Of a DNA stretch of 64,000 nt, positions 13,801 through 26,008 are shown in pieces. Location of the stretch: the NCBI GenBank assembly GCA_013265495.1, contig MU058781.1, positions 12,280,440-12,344,439 of the forward strand, written 5' to 3'. The notes beneath the pieces are model-generated. The model did not search any database. It was not told the DNA's origin and saw only the letters and a program-made list of their open reading frames with translations. This stretch comes from Vicugna vicugna (lineage: Eukaryota). Every line of letters starts with the position of its first letter. Positions within the stretch are counted from its first letter, which is position 1. Made by a program: the position numbers and the translations under genes.

Positions 13801-16800
13801 CTGATTGAGTACCTCATATGCCCCTCGAATGTTCAGTCTCATATTTATAATTATTATCTAATATGACGTGTTTCTTGGTCTTTCTATCTTTTTCTATCTA
13901 TATTCAAAGATAAACATGTTATTCTTGGTAAATTAAGTTCTTTAATTAAGTTCTAAGGACAGCTGAGAGTAATTCTAAAGAAGACTAAGTTGGATCCATA
14001 CCTTACACTGAATACTAGTATAAACTCCAATATGTCAGAAATTTCAAAATAAAAAATGAAACCATTCCTATTCAATGAAAGCCATGGTTGGATGCTTTTA
14101 TGACCTTTCCAACTATGACTCAAAAATCCAGAAGTCATAAAAGAAAAGAGTGATCAATTTGACTACATAAAATATGTATCTTTAAAAAATGGCAAAAATC
14201 ATTATGAGCAAAGTCAACTCACAAATGACAAACTGAGGGGAAAAATGAAAGTCATGTCACAGACAAAGGGCCCATCTCCCTAATTTATAAATACTTGATC
14301 AACACTGAGCACAAGACAAAGAACCTCACAGTAAAGAAAATGCCAAAGAACTCGGTGAAGGATGTCGGATTGTGGTGCCCCCATTTCAGCCCCATGTTTT
14401 TACCTGATAAAGCAATGCTGCAGAGTCGGCTTCGTTCACGTGGTGGACTCCAACTTTCCCAGAGTGCAAACTGACCCCCCAATCCTGATCCCTGAAAGAA
14501 AAATAGAGTTTTTGATATGTGGTCCCATATAGAAAGTCATACCCAGCTCATATTTATAAACTATCTGGGTACCTGGCTCAGGCCCTGAAGTATTCGAGTT
14601 GCAATGAGGAAAGTGAGTCCAAGGTCAGTTGCCAGAGGCGTGAAGAGAATCAGAAGTGAGGATCCAAGCAAGGAAACACCAACCACTCGCTTTGTTCCTA
14701 CCCTTCCGGCCAGGTATCCACTGGGAGCCATGGTCAGGATCATGCCGTAACTGATGGCACTAAAGATGATGCCCTGAATGTGAGGGCTCCAGTTGTACAC
14801 AGGGGCCTTAAAGAAATAGAGAATGCTTTGGAAAGCCATTTACAGGAAGGCTCATTTATAACTTAAGAAGCCTCTTTAGATATTTCGCTTGCTTTCAAAT
14901 CACTATTTCCTCAGTTAAAACTTTTCAACATATACACTCGAGAAAAATAAACATCTAAACAAACAACAAATGGCAAAAACAAGAACACAACTTAAACCTT
15001 GAATTGCTTACCCATGCAGGAGGACTCTTTGGGGAATTTTGGGGATCACCAGATGAATCAAAAAGCAGCCCCTCAGTGGAGCCATTAAACTGGGACTGAT
15101 GGCTTGTGCTGTTGACCATGGCTACCATGGTGATGTTCATGATAATACCTTGTGCCGCTATAACGAAATTGCAGAGGTGTACGATGAAGGCTATTCCATA
15201 GCGAGTGGAACATAAGGTTGGAACTGGAAATATTATGACATTGTATTAGTGCCTACCTTATTGAACCGTCATTTACTTTTTGCAAGTTATAATACTGAGA
15301 GGTACCACCTGATGATTTAAATGGCACTTCTGTTGGGTTTGGGAACAAAAGATCACAAAAGGTGGAAATCACTGAGTTGAATCAAAGAGTGTTTTATACC
15401 ACAGCTTTATAGACCCTGACTTGCTCTGTTCTTGCAATTTTGTCTCTTCCAATCCTAGGTTATTACATTCTATTGTTGATGAAATTTCTTAGATTTACAT
15501 GAAGATATAGAGATACAGAACATCTATATTAAGAGTAAATATATACATATAAGTAAAAATATGTATACATGTACATTTTTTAATTACATAGTTTATATCA
15601 TATGTACTATATTATACATACATATATAATATAAATTTTAAACATTAAAGGAGTAGATTCACTACTCTTCTCGTATGTCTTTAGTCATTGAGAGTAAACT
15701 TTCACTTAAATTTTCAAATTAAACCTCTATAAAGATTCTCATTAGACAAAAACTGAGACCCACAGACTATGGAGAAATACAGTGAAAAAATAGCAGAAAA
15801 AGAAATGAGCACAAAATTAAAATAATATGTTTTTGTACTTCCAGGAGTGATAGTTATTGCCGGGAAAAAAATATTGCAATAATCCAGAAGAGAGGTGAAG
15901 AATCTTGGACTATGGTGGTAGCAGAACGTAAAAGAATGAAAATGTGATAAGATCCCAGACAGATCTCAGTATGGGAGTGACTAAATCTTGATTTCATTTT
16001 TACAGATGGTAGGGGAGTAGCATTGAAGGCTTCCTTGTTCTAAACAACTAGAAGAATGGATCTGCTGTTTGCTGAGGGAGTTCCGTGGAAAAGAGCAGGT
16101 TTGGGGGCAGTGGAGTGATAAAGAGCTTAGTACTGGACAGTTAAGACAAAAATGCCTTTTAAACAGCCAAGAGAAGATGTTGAGAATGTTGTTGGATATA
16201 CAGACACCTCTAGAGTTTAGAAGAGAAGTAGAAGTTGAGGTATAACATTGGGAGTTAATAACCCACAGATGATGCTCGAAACCATGATATTTGGGAAATG
16301 AGAATAAATAGAGAATTAACAGCTGTTTACTACCCTGCTTCCCATCTCCTGTTCACTGGAGACCTGGGATGGAGGACTGCCCTTCCCCTGGCTCATTGCA
16401 TGATACCCCTCTAATCCTCCCCTCTTTTCTGGGAGCCTGTAAGTAACAAATCTTGTGACTTTACTTCCTTTGTGTGAGTGTATTGGAAGTGTGCCTTCAG
16501 TCAAAATGACTCTGGGGTTTTCATGTCCTCAGAGTGGGAACTTGGATGCTGAGGGAGCTACATGCCGATCCCCTGTAGGTGGCTTGTGCCTCTCTTTCGG
16601 CAGGTCATAATCTGCTTATTCACAATTTAATAACTAGCCACGGGTCCCCCAACACAGTGGGTTCTTCCTCAGTCTAGACTCCAGATGAGAATGCAACCTG
16701 GCCAACTTCTCAACTTCAGCCTTGTGAAACGCAGGGAAGAAGAACCAGCTAAGCCAAGCCATTCCTGGAACTCTGACCCACAGAGACTATGACATAATAT

Positions 16801-18657
16801 ATGTGTGTTATTTTAGGCCACTAAGTTTGTGGTAATATGTCTGCAGGAATAGAAAATGAATATAGTTAGCTAAAAATAATAAGGATCAGTTAAATGTATT
16901 AAGACTACAAGAAATTTTTTCAGAGGGAAGGGCAAGCATTGAGAGATATTTGCTTTACAAAGCATTGAAATCAGTCATGAGGGTAAAATGGTAAGACATC
17001 ATTGTATTGAAAAAAGAATAAGCAAAAAAAATTCAAGGAACAATAGAAAAACACCCACAAAAATCATACAGTGAGTAAAGGATGTTGTGGCTGAAAAGGA
17101 AGTTAAAATTATATAATAAGTGGTGTTGAGGTAAGGAGTTAAAATATATGAAAAATAATGTTGGAGTTGTATGTCATGTTTTAAATCAAAATAAAGTCAA
17201 CACATAATAAAATAATACAGCATTTTGTCAAATTGAGGTTGTCATTGATTTAGGATGCATCATTTTTTGCTCCACTAAAAAGCAATTGATCAACTAATCA
17301 ACAAATCAAACTTAATAGATCTAAAACTAAACTTTTAGGTTCCCTCTCCAAGTCTTGCTCCACCCACATTCCTTCCCAACTCAGCTGATATAAATTTCAT
17401 CCTTCCAAATACTTTGCAATTTATCCTGATTTCTTTCTTTCACAGCCTGCATCCAATCTATGTAGAACATCCTGTTGTCTTTACATTCGAAATGTATGTA
17501 GAATTCAATCACTTCTCGCCAGGGCCACTGCTGTCTTTTGGCTTAAAGCTTTTTCCTTGTGGTTCTAGCTACGAACATCTCTTCCCTGAGTTTTTGCAAT
17601 AGCTTTCAACTTGACTTTCTGTTCCCAGCTACTCTCAGCACAGCATTTGGAATGCTCTAAACATACTATAAATTTGATTACCCCTTTCTGCTCAAAATTC
17701 TCTGTGGCCTCACTTTTGTTCAGATTAAAAACTAAGGCCTCTACAGTGGCTGATGGAAATGAAATACTTATAACTATTGCTTCAAATTTTAATTTTTCTT
17801 AGGAAAAAGCCCTGAGGAAGTAATAATTCCAACTGTAGACAGGTGTTATGCTAAAGGATATCATGATATATATGTGTTATATCTATCTATATCTGTCTAT
17901 TAACCAATCTATCTAAATGATAGGTAGGTAAAAAAACATAACTCCACAACTGAAATAGTCAACCACAGGAGGATTTTTCAAATAAATAATACTTTACCTA
18001 TTGGATATATTGGAATAATAATATGTATCCTTTAAGAATCATGATTGTGAGCATTATAAAGCAAATGGAAAAGAATGTGTGGCCCAATTTTTAAAATACA
18101 TCATATATACAGTACAGAACTACATAAAATATCCATATAAAGGAAAGCAATAAAAACAAATTACAGTGGATGAATTAAGCTTATTAAGATCTTTTTTCAT
18201 GTCTTGATTTTTCAAAGTTTCTGTAATTAATTTTTTGTACTTGACCTAACTAAGAAACTCAATTATGTTCACAATATTACATGCAGTAGAAAGCAAAATA
18301 CACAATGCCATATGTAGATTATTTGGAGCAATTATCAAGACTGTAAATGCATATGGACTAAGATTAGATGGTAATCATTAAAAATAAAATACTTTTTTAG
18401 AACAGTGATATTTGTTTCCTTCATGTATTTGCAAATGTACATTAATAGTACTTGGCTTTTAAAAAGAATTAAACAATTTAAAAGATATAAATTCATTTCT
18501 TTGTATTAAGACATTGTAAAAATCCACCATAAAATCCTAAAACCAAGTAGTCGAGGTTGAGTTTACCTTTCCTGGGACTGAGTTTCTCATCCACTTGTGT
18601 ATCTTGGGAGTATTTACTCTTCTCTTCTGTGGGACTCAGCTCTGTCATGGTGGCCAT
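4671..18657 (-). CDS. SLC17A3: SLC17A3 (NPT4) organic anion/urate efflux transporter, complete spliced CDS; coding exons 18567-18657, 15012-15223, 14573-14806, 14404-14491, 10705-10791, 7054-7172, 6770-6931, 6360-6489, 6121-6268, 5719-5809, 4671-4805
   Basis: Exon lengths 91+212+234+88+87+119+162+130+148+91+135=1497 nt = 498 aa + stop. All introns are GT-AG and phase-compatible. Translation [30 protein letters not shown]...[10 protein letters not shown] matches human NPT4 as recalled (N68 and F304 conserved). Confidence 0.96.
5719..5809 (-). CDS. SLC17A3: SLC17A3 coding exon 10 (91 nt)
   Basis: ccacag| [30 protein letters not shown] |gtaaag. Confidence 0.95.
6121..6268 (-). CDS. SLC17A3: SLC17A3 coding exon 9 (148 nt)
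   Basis: ccctag| [13 protein letters not shown]...YINILDLAP(R) |gtagga. Confidence 0.95.
6360..6489 (-). CDS. SLC17A3: SLC17A3 coding exon 8 (130 nt)
   Basis: cctcag| [13 protein letters not shown]...VRKIATVL |gtaaga. Confidence 0.95.
6770..6931 (-). CDS. SLC17A3: SLC17A3 coding exon 7 (162 nt)
   Basis: tttcag| [20 protein letters not shown]...[12 protein letters not shown] |gtgagt. Confidence 0.95.
7054..7172 (-). CDS. SLC17A3: SLC17A3 coding exon 6 (119 nt)
   Basis: ttacag| [40 protein letters not shown] |gtacac. Confidence 0.95.
7411..8237 (-). mobile_element. MER21-family solo LTR nested in an old L1, containing a (TG)n tract at 8181-8215
   Basis: Terminus tgtgacataataagaa on the minus strand; acacttctgacaccaaatgtg motif; L1 sequence continues on both sides. 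Confidence 0.75.
8238..10390 (-). mobile_element. Old L1M fragments (ORF2 3' part, then ORF1/5' region)
   Basis: Degenerate L1 motifs (tgcatttccctaatgact, ttgtcaaaaatcag, catcaaatttggaaa). Confidence 0.7.
10705..10791 (-). CDS. SLC17A3: SLC17A3 coding exon 5 (87 nt)
   Basis: ttgcag| [29 protein letters not shown] |gtaagc. Confidence 0.95.
11690..11890 (-). mobile_element. L1 3' UTR fragment
   Basis: ttgaagtgtagttgatt...ccctgtgctataca. Confidence 0.8.
12650..13345 (+). mobile_element. L2 LINE fragment
   Basis: caaaacttctcaaa...tcaagg...aatgacctcc L2 motifs. Confidence 0.65.
13960..14340 (+). mobile_element. Old L1M ORF2 fragment
   Basis: aaagaaaaga.tgat.aatttgactacataaaat motif. Confidence 0.65.
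14404..14491 (-). CDS. SLC17A3: SLC17A3 coding exon 4 (88 nt)
   Basis: tttcag| [29 protein letters not shown] |gtaaaa. Confidence 0.95.
14573..14806 (-). CDS. SLC17A3: SLC17A3 coding exon 3 (234 nt)
   Basis: ttaag| [16 protein letters not shown]...TRILQGLSQ |gtaccc. Confidence 0.95.
15012..15223 (-). CDS. SLC17A3: SLC17A3 coding exon 2 (212 nt)
   Basis: ttccag| [20 protein letters not shown]...MVNST...KSPPAW |gtaagc. Confidence 0.95.
16315..16865 (+). mobile_element. ERV LTR fragment followed by an MLT1 (MaLR) 3' portion
   Basis: LTR-like end ccccaaca at ~16653; MLT1 end ccactaagtttgtggtaat...atagaaaatgaatata. Confidence 0.6.
17315..17750 (+). mobile_element. L2 fragment
   Basis: tctaaaactaaactt...catccaatc...agaattcaatcacttctc. 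Confidence 0.6.
18567..18657 (-). CDS. SLC17A3: SLC17A3 first coding exon (exon acceptor at 18689)
   Basis: gccATGG start, [30 protein letters not shown], donor G|gtaaac. Confidence 0.93.
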
Positions 18658-18889
18658 GGCGTTCTTCTCTCCTGATGACTATTTTTCACCTATCAAAGCG
18701 ATATGTAATCCAAGGTGTCAGCCACGAGAAGAGACTCCCTTGAAACATTTAAAAGTCGGCAACAGGCAAACATGAGCTGGGTCATTCCATCTGGACGTGG
18801 TATAAGGAAGATCATTACCCACTCCTGGCTCAATACAGCAGGTGTACTGTGCCTAGGGTTTGGAAACGTTCATTATTTAGGATCTAGAG

Positions 18890-19130
18890 TGCTGTGTGCC
18901 AATTTAAGAGCACTGGATTTGGAGCAAGGCATTTCTAAATTCAAATCCAGGCCCGTGATTTACCTAACATGCCAAGTGCTACCAGCAGCAAATTTGTGTG
19001 CCTCCGTTTCCCATCTGTTGCTAATAATAACAGTAACAGCAACAGCAGCAGCAGCAGCAGCAGCACCTCCATCAAGTGTTAGTAAGGATTCGATAGACCG
19101 CTCATGCCTGGTGCCCAGCAGTGGTTGCTG
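18890..19130 (+). mobile_element. MIR containing a (GCA)n/(ACAGCA) microsatellite at ~19030-19064
   Basis: ttcaaatccaggcc...gtgcctccgtttcccatctg. Confidence 0.6.
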
Positions 19131-19322
19131 TCTAGTTTATTGCTGTTGTTGTCGGAGCTACTACAGCTCTGCTCCTCTGGCATCCTCTCCTGCACCTAAG
19201 AACCTGGCTTCTTGCATCCATGATGACTCCCATACTGCTTCCCACCTGACCCACTCTGAGTGCTGCTGATATATGCGTCATCAATAATTAGGGGCCAAAT
19301 TTGCATAATGAGATGATGCAAT

Positions 19323-19810
19323 TTTTATTGGATAATTTTGACATGTAACACTGTAAAAATTTAAGGTGTACATTGTGTTACTTTGATACATTTATATATT
19401 GTAAACTGGTTGCCCTTGTAATAATATTTATCACATTACACACTTATAGCACAGTATTACTGCCTATGTTCAATAAACTGTACAGTTAATCTTTATTGCT
19501 ATTTTAGTGCTTGTTATAAATTTGTACTCTTAAACACTGTCAATCTTATCCCCCATCCCCTGGTAACCACTGTTTTACTGTTTTTTTTAATATGTTTGAT
19601 TTATGATTCCACATATATGATTCCACATCTATTTTATAACCCATTTATGGGGGTTACAAATATCCACATATAAGTGATATTATACTGTATTTGTCTTTCT
19701 CTGGCTTATCTCACTTGGCATCATGTACTCAATGTCCATCTATGTTGTTGCAAATGGCAGGATATCCTTTTTAGTCACAGCTGAATAATATGCCATGGTG
19801 TATATATATA
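19323..19810 (-). mobile_element. L1 3' UTR fragment
   Basis: ccctggtaaccac...tccacatataagtgata...ttgcaaatggcaggat. Confidence 0.8.
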
Positions 19811-20552
19811 TCACAAGATGATACAATTCTAATCCCATATCATTTTTGGCCACAAGTTGATGATATGTCTACAGAGGTCTAGAAACAACTAACATGGAGA
19901 TCTAGACCTTTTTGCTTATAAGAGAACTAAAAAAAAAAATCTTTCCTACGTACAATATTATGGTCTTTAATACCCAAGGGCCTTTTTGTGTGGTGCTGTG
20001 TATAGAATTACAATTTTTGTATTATGTTTAGTGATCAGTTTATTAAATTTATAAATCTCTTAAAGGAAAAACTGAAATGATATATATAATCCAGCAGGGA
20101 AAATGGAGGTAAAACTGGATGATCAAATGTCATCCCTTAGCAGTTGGGTCAAAGTTCAGAAATAATGCCTACATGTTGAAATATACCCCATTTTAGCAGC
20201 CAAGGATGGAGGCTTAATATTTTGCGTGCCCTGAACTATTAATGTTGGAACAAGTTCTCAGTTTTCCATTCCATGTACTCTTTGATGAGGGCTACATGAC
20301 ATCTGAGAGTTGTCTCATCCAAGAAATTTAGTAATTTCTGGATGAGAGGGTGGTTACCTTTTTGTAGAAGAAGGCTGTATGGAGGGCCTAAAAAGAGAAA
20401 TAAGGCAACCAGGCAGAATTCCTCAGGGATATTGCATTATATCAGAGGTGAAAATTATATAAACAGATGAAGGCACAGCAGAACCTGAATTGAGACAGGA
20501 AAACAAGAGAGAACCCCAACAGACCCCTTCACAGAGGAGAGTATAGGATAAA

Positions 20553-21710
20553 GCAGTGGGGTTGTGGAGTCAACTCACATAGGCCCACAAAAGCAGATTC
20601 AAAACTTCTAGGAATTTTGCAAGTTGGTTGTTAAAAATAGTCACTATTATCAAATTATGCAAATTTAGAATTAAATAAATTATACTTTTAAAAGGTAAGA
20701 ATTATTGAAAGCTTACTTCATTATTATTTCAATGTCTTTTACTGTCAGTTATGTTCTTGAAATCACTTATGTCTCTTGCATGTATATGGTGGAAATACCA
20801 AATAAAGGCGTATATCTCTTCTTAACTCTGAATTCAGTGATTTCATGTTGGTAGCTTGAAATTGGTCATGATAGGGGTTTTTATACCCCATAAAATGATA
20901 AATGCCACAAATTTTGTATTGATTTATTGAATTCCTGGACTTAAGAAATTTATCAAACAATATTGTTGGATTTATACTTGTTATTCATGATGTTGAGTGA
21001 CTTCATTGCTTAATTGGAAATTAATCAAACATTTATTTATAGTCTGATTTTTTGGCACTATTGTTGGGATAGAATTATAACAGCTTAGTGGATTCTGCAA
21101 GAAATAAAAAATTACACTTGAAGTTATAGATGTGACTGGAAAACAGAGTAAATATTTTAGCTTAAAATATGTTATTAAAAATAATATAAAAATATTAGTA
21201 TCCCTGAAGTGGTATTGTGAATTTTACTAACATGATGTTAATTTGGACAACTTATGCATTTTGTAGATAGTAATGTAGAATCAATGTTCCAATCTCCGCA
21301 ATTATATAAAAAACTAAAAAAGAAAAAAGAACTATTATAATTCATAGTGCTGAAGTTGAAAGTGATTTCAGTTAATGAATATAATTTGTATGAGAGTGAG
21401 AGATAGTTCAACCACAGATCATCTATGAGATTTAATGATAATAAATATATTGGGAAGAGTTGGCTGATTGGGATGCAATTCCATTCGTCAAACTATGGTT
21501 GAATTTCAACCAAGTTGCCTAAAGACACAAGAGTTTAACAAAAATAAATGAAAATTGTAAACCTTAAATATGTAGAATTTCTGTTTTTTTAATTATACCC
21601 CAAACCCCCACAAACCTGATAAAAAAGGACAGTATTCCATGGGAATTAACTGGCTATATGGAATTTATAATAAACATATTGTATATTTTATTATTTGTAA
21701 ATTGTGTGCC
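20553..21710. mobile_element. Zaphod-like hAT-Tip100 DNA transposon remnant
   Basis: cagtgg...ggagtcaactc terminus and ttcagtgatttcatgttggtagcttgaaattgg motif, recognised from the recalled consensus. Confidence 0.6.
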
Positions 21711-23504
21711 CCAGATCTTTCATATTGGTAGAATTTATAATAAACCTAAATGTATGCGTGCATGCATTCTTTTTCCCTGGAAAGCCAGTTGTGAAATATT
21801 CACCAGCAAAACTCAGGGTAAGGAGACCCATCAAACATCTTCCCCCTGGGCTTCTGCATTTGGTGCAATCATCTACTGATGAGTCCATGTTTTTCATTTT
21901 GCCACCAGCATGAAAAATTTTTCCTACTGGATTTTCTATCATTTGAAACCCCAGTTTCAGGAATTCCAGAGAGATAGCCAATTTACAAGGAAGTGTTCCC
22001 CCCACTCCACCTCAGGAAGCAAAGAGACAGTTTCTATGCTGAAAAAAAATCAAGTATGAAATCTGTCTGGCTCCTGGGGTCAATATTCATTCCAATTTTG
22101 TATTCTACCATAAGATGCTCTGTAAAAATATCAGGAGATTTATTAGGCCCTCCAACTTCCTGTAGAGGTGGTGGTTCTCACTGAAAAGAACAATAAGGAG
22201 AGGTTCCATTCTGTCACAAGTACCACAATTAAATTATAAGTATCATTCAATTCCACTGACCCGTGGCTCCTGGACCAGGTGCAGGAGACAAGGATCCTTA
22301 TATGTACTTGTAGCTTACTAGAATCACAAGGACTGGTGCTATCTGATCTGCATAATACTATACTCCTCTGGCTTATGAAGGACCATCTTGATTTTTATTA
22401 CTGTGTTATTACCGTTGATCAGGTTCCTGCGTACTGGAAGGATTCTTCAAACTACTCTGATTTCATATTCTATAACTTCCTTTCTAGTGGCTTCTTTCAA
22501 GTGCACTCTGCATAAGATGTTTTCTGGGACACCATAAGAACCGTGTGCTTGAATCTCATGAATTGAAGTTTGACAGTGATATTCTATCCAGAGAAACTTT
22601 GCACATGATGCCATGATTATTTTACAGAAAAGCAAAAGCATATAGCAATCCTAGGGTGATCTAGAAATTAAGATTATTTTATTCTCTACTTGTATGCTTT
22701 CACTACTTAACAGCTGGCCCCTGAAGAGAGAGAAAACTCTTGTCACCTGAGTTTGAGGCTGAATTCCATTGGATGAAAACATTCCAGATTTCCGGTTTAC
22801 CACAACTTCCCCTGTTCTTAAATGTTTGCCTCTGGCTGATCCTTGTGACCTTTAGACCAACACAGGACTCAGTTCTTGAGCCCTCCATCTCTGAGTCTGC
22901 TTTTAGGATGGTAGTTCCAGTAAGGTTCCTTTATTATATGGAGGATATTTGTCCATTTTCAAATTGCTTTCAAGTCTTATTAAACATGAGGTAGAATCTC
23001 AGTATTTACTAACAGTGTGCTCAGAATATCAGCTTTGACAGAAGCAGAAACTTAAATAATAACTTGAGTAAAATAATTAGAAGTACTTCCAGTTTTTGAT
23101 TATCTCTATTCCAGACAAACAGTTGCACCTTGTCTTGGAAACCTGAGTGCTCAGTCCCAGCAGATGTGACCATATACATGGAGACCATAATCCCAGGAGA
23201 TTTTAAAAGCATTCACTCACACAGCTAAACAGATGGTTGGGCAAAGGGAATAGGAATCCACATAAGGGAAAATTCTGAGAACATATGGCTGTCAAGGGAG
23301 CATCTGAATTCCAGGAAAGCTTGGAGGCCTCAAGAAAGATTTATGGCTGGATGCCCCGATAGTGAGGTTGCCAGGGTGATACAATTCCACTCTGGCTAGC
23401 CTCCAAGCTCTAGGGCTATACAAAAATAAAACCCCATATATATGTAATTATATGTTAAGTATGTTTTATATTATGTATCGTATGTGTATGTACGTGTATA
23501 CACA

Positions 23505-24495
23505 CTCCTACATTGTTGGTTGAAATGCAGTTTGGTGCAGCAATTATGGAAAACAGTACAGACATTCCTTCAAAAACTGAAAATAGACTTACCCTATGAC
23601 CCAGCAATCCCACTCCCAGGCATGTATTCGAAGGGAACTCTAATTTGAAAAGATACATGCACTCCAATGTTCACAGCAGCACTATTTACAATAGCCAAGA
23701 CATGGAAGCAACCTAAATGTCCATCAATAGATGACTGGATAGAGGGGCGGAGGGTGGGAAGGGATAGACTGGGATTTCAAAATTGTAGAATAGATAAACA
23801 AAATTATACTGTATAGCACAGGGAAATATACACAAAATCTGATGGTAGCTCACAGAGAAAAAAATGTGACAATACATGTGTATATGTCCATGTATGACTG
23901 AAAAATTGTGCTGAACACTGGAATTTGACACAACATTGTAAAGTGATTATAAATCAATAAAAATGTTTAAAAAANNNNNNNNNNNNNNNNNNNNNNNNNN
24001 NNNNNNNNNNNNNNNNNNNNNNNNNNNNNNNNNNNNNNATGGAATACTGCCATAAAAAGAATAAAATAATACCATTTGCAGCAAGATGGATGGACCTAGA
24101 GATCATCATACTAAGTGAAGTAAGTCAGAAAGAGAAAGAAAAATATCATATAATGAAAGAAAAATATCATATAATGTCACTTATATGAGGAATCTAAAAA
24201 CAAAGACACAAATGAACTTGATTATAAAACACAGACAGACTCACAGACATGGAAAACAAACTTATGGTTATGGGGCTGGTGAGGGATAAATTGGGAGTTC
24301 AGGATTTGTAGATACTAACTATTATATATAAAATAGATAAACAACAAGGTTCTAATGTATAGCACAGGAAACTCTATTCAATACCCTGTAATGGCCTATA
24401 ATGAAAAAGAATACGGAAAGAATATACATGAGTCACTATGCTGTACACTGGATATTAACACAACATTCTAAATTGACTATACTTCAATAGAAAGT
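23505..24495 (+). mobile_element. Older L1 3' end with a nested young L1 3' fragment (23743-23974)
   Basis: ORF2 C-terminal sequence interrupted at actggata by a young 3'UTR + poly(A); resumes after the gap. Confidence 0.85.
23975..24038. other. Assembly gap (64 N)
   Basis: N run directly after the L1 poly(A). Confidence 1.
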
Positions 24496-24801
24496 TTTTT
24501 TCTTTACTCCCCAAAACTCAGCCTTTAAACGTCTCGCTAGAGTGACTATTTCTAAGAAATGTCACCCACAGTTGGCATTTTCTCAGTTTATGGGTGATCG
24601 GGCACACAAAACCACCTTCCCACTCCCTCCTCCCTTCTCTTTGCCTTGCTAAGGAGATAAGGGTTTTTACATTTTCACTCAAAATTTTTTAAATCAATGT
24701 GAGAAAACCTGTGACTTGGAGGGTATACAAAAATTGTCAGTTGTTACACAGAAAGGATCCTTGAGAGACCTTTCGCAGCAACACCAAGAGAAACGACTTA
24801 C

Positions 24802-24931
24802 CGACTTAGTGTCTGAGGACGGACTTCAACTTAGAACCCGCTCTTCCTTCCTACTCTTTCCCTCCGCAGTCTTGCCAGCAGGCAGCTGAGGATTCTTTGG
24901 CATCCTGAGGCTGGAATTGCTAACCATTAAT
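24802..24931 (-). promoter_or_regulatory. SLC17A3: Probable SLC17A3 promoter / non-coding exon 1 with an HNF1-like site (ATTAATGGTTAGC, 24919-24931)
   Basis: Strong donor G|GTAAGT at 24802/24801, locally CpG-retaining non-repeat sequence, HNF1-like motif just upstream. The TSS cannot be determined from sequence. Confidence 0.6.
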
Positions 24932-26008
24932 GAGATTCACCAAACTAGAAGTTGAATGAGAAGGCTTCTTGCCAAGTGAAATTTGGGGAAGTTTTTGGAA
25001 AAATGTGCCTTGAGTACTCAGAATCTGAACCCCTTCTCCAGTTCTACCTGCCTCTCTGCCAACATGAGAGTCTCGACTTTTCTCCTCAGGTGTATCTCCT
25101 AGAAACTCAGCTATGTTCTCTAATTCAGACATCTGTGTGTGGTTCTTGCTTTGCTTTATTGTATCTTCAACGACTTTAGTTCTGTTCGGAAAAGTTGCAA
25201 AAAAAGAGAGAATATTATAATTAAGTACGGTTTAGTACTTTTTCCTTTGTTATTTTTGTGTTTTTTCCCTTTGAAATTTTGTTAAAAATTTTTTTTGAAA
25301 CACTGAACTATAATATTACAGATAAACTTAAACTTTACACTGTTGCTTTCTTTGGTCTTTTCTCCTTTCCTCCCTCTCTCACACACATGAAGAACAATAA
25401 CAAAAACATCTCACATAAATTTAGTACGATTTCTCCACTTTTTTTTTCTATTTTTACTATCTATAGGTGTATTCACGAACTACATAGATAATGCTTTGTA
25501 TTATTTCTAAATTTGTATACACATTACGATGCGGTATGGACCGTTCTATAATTCACTTTGCAGAATAAGCAACATGGATTTGGAACACCGACATAGGCAC
25601 AGTGGAGCCTAACCTTTCTCAGTTTCTTTTGGTTGACTTGTTCTTACCTACACTCCTACATAGTTGAAAATATCCTCACTGCTTCCCGAGTTTGCAGGTG
25701 GTTATGCCTTCATCTCAGAGATGAAGCAATGCCTTCACATTCCCAGCTCTATGTGGATGCTTCATTTCCAGCTCCCTGCATCTCTGTGCTTGCAACCCAG
25801 ACACCTTTCCTTATGTGAGCATTAGAGTCCATCTCCAGCCATGGAGAAGTAAGCCTCATGCAGCACTCCTATGAGCTCTCCTGGCTTAAGCTCCTGCTCA
25901 TTCTACATTCCTTCTTAGTTTATTCCCCGAGGAGATCTCTTTTTGATTTTGAGTTTGAGTATTTATACCCATCTGTTCTGCATTATGGGAGAGTAAACCA
26001 CCTCCTAG

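Noticed and set aside
18646..18657. Second in-frame ATG (M4) with GCCACC context in SLC17A3
   Set aside because: The first ATG already has a strong gccATGG context, and a 3-aa difference is unlikely to matter.
18715..19269. 184-aa + strand ORF with a poly-Ala tract
   Set aside because: It runs through a MIR and a GCA microsatellite antisense to SLC17A3 intron 1, has a non-ATG start and no recognisable domain.
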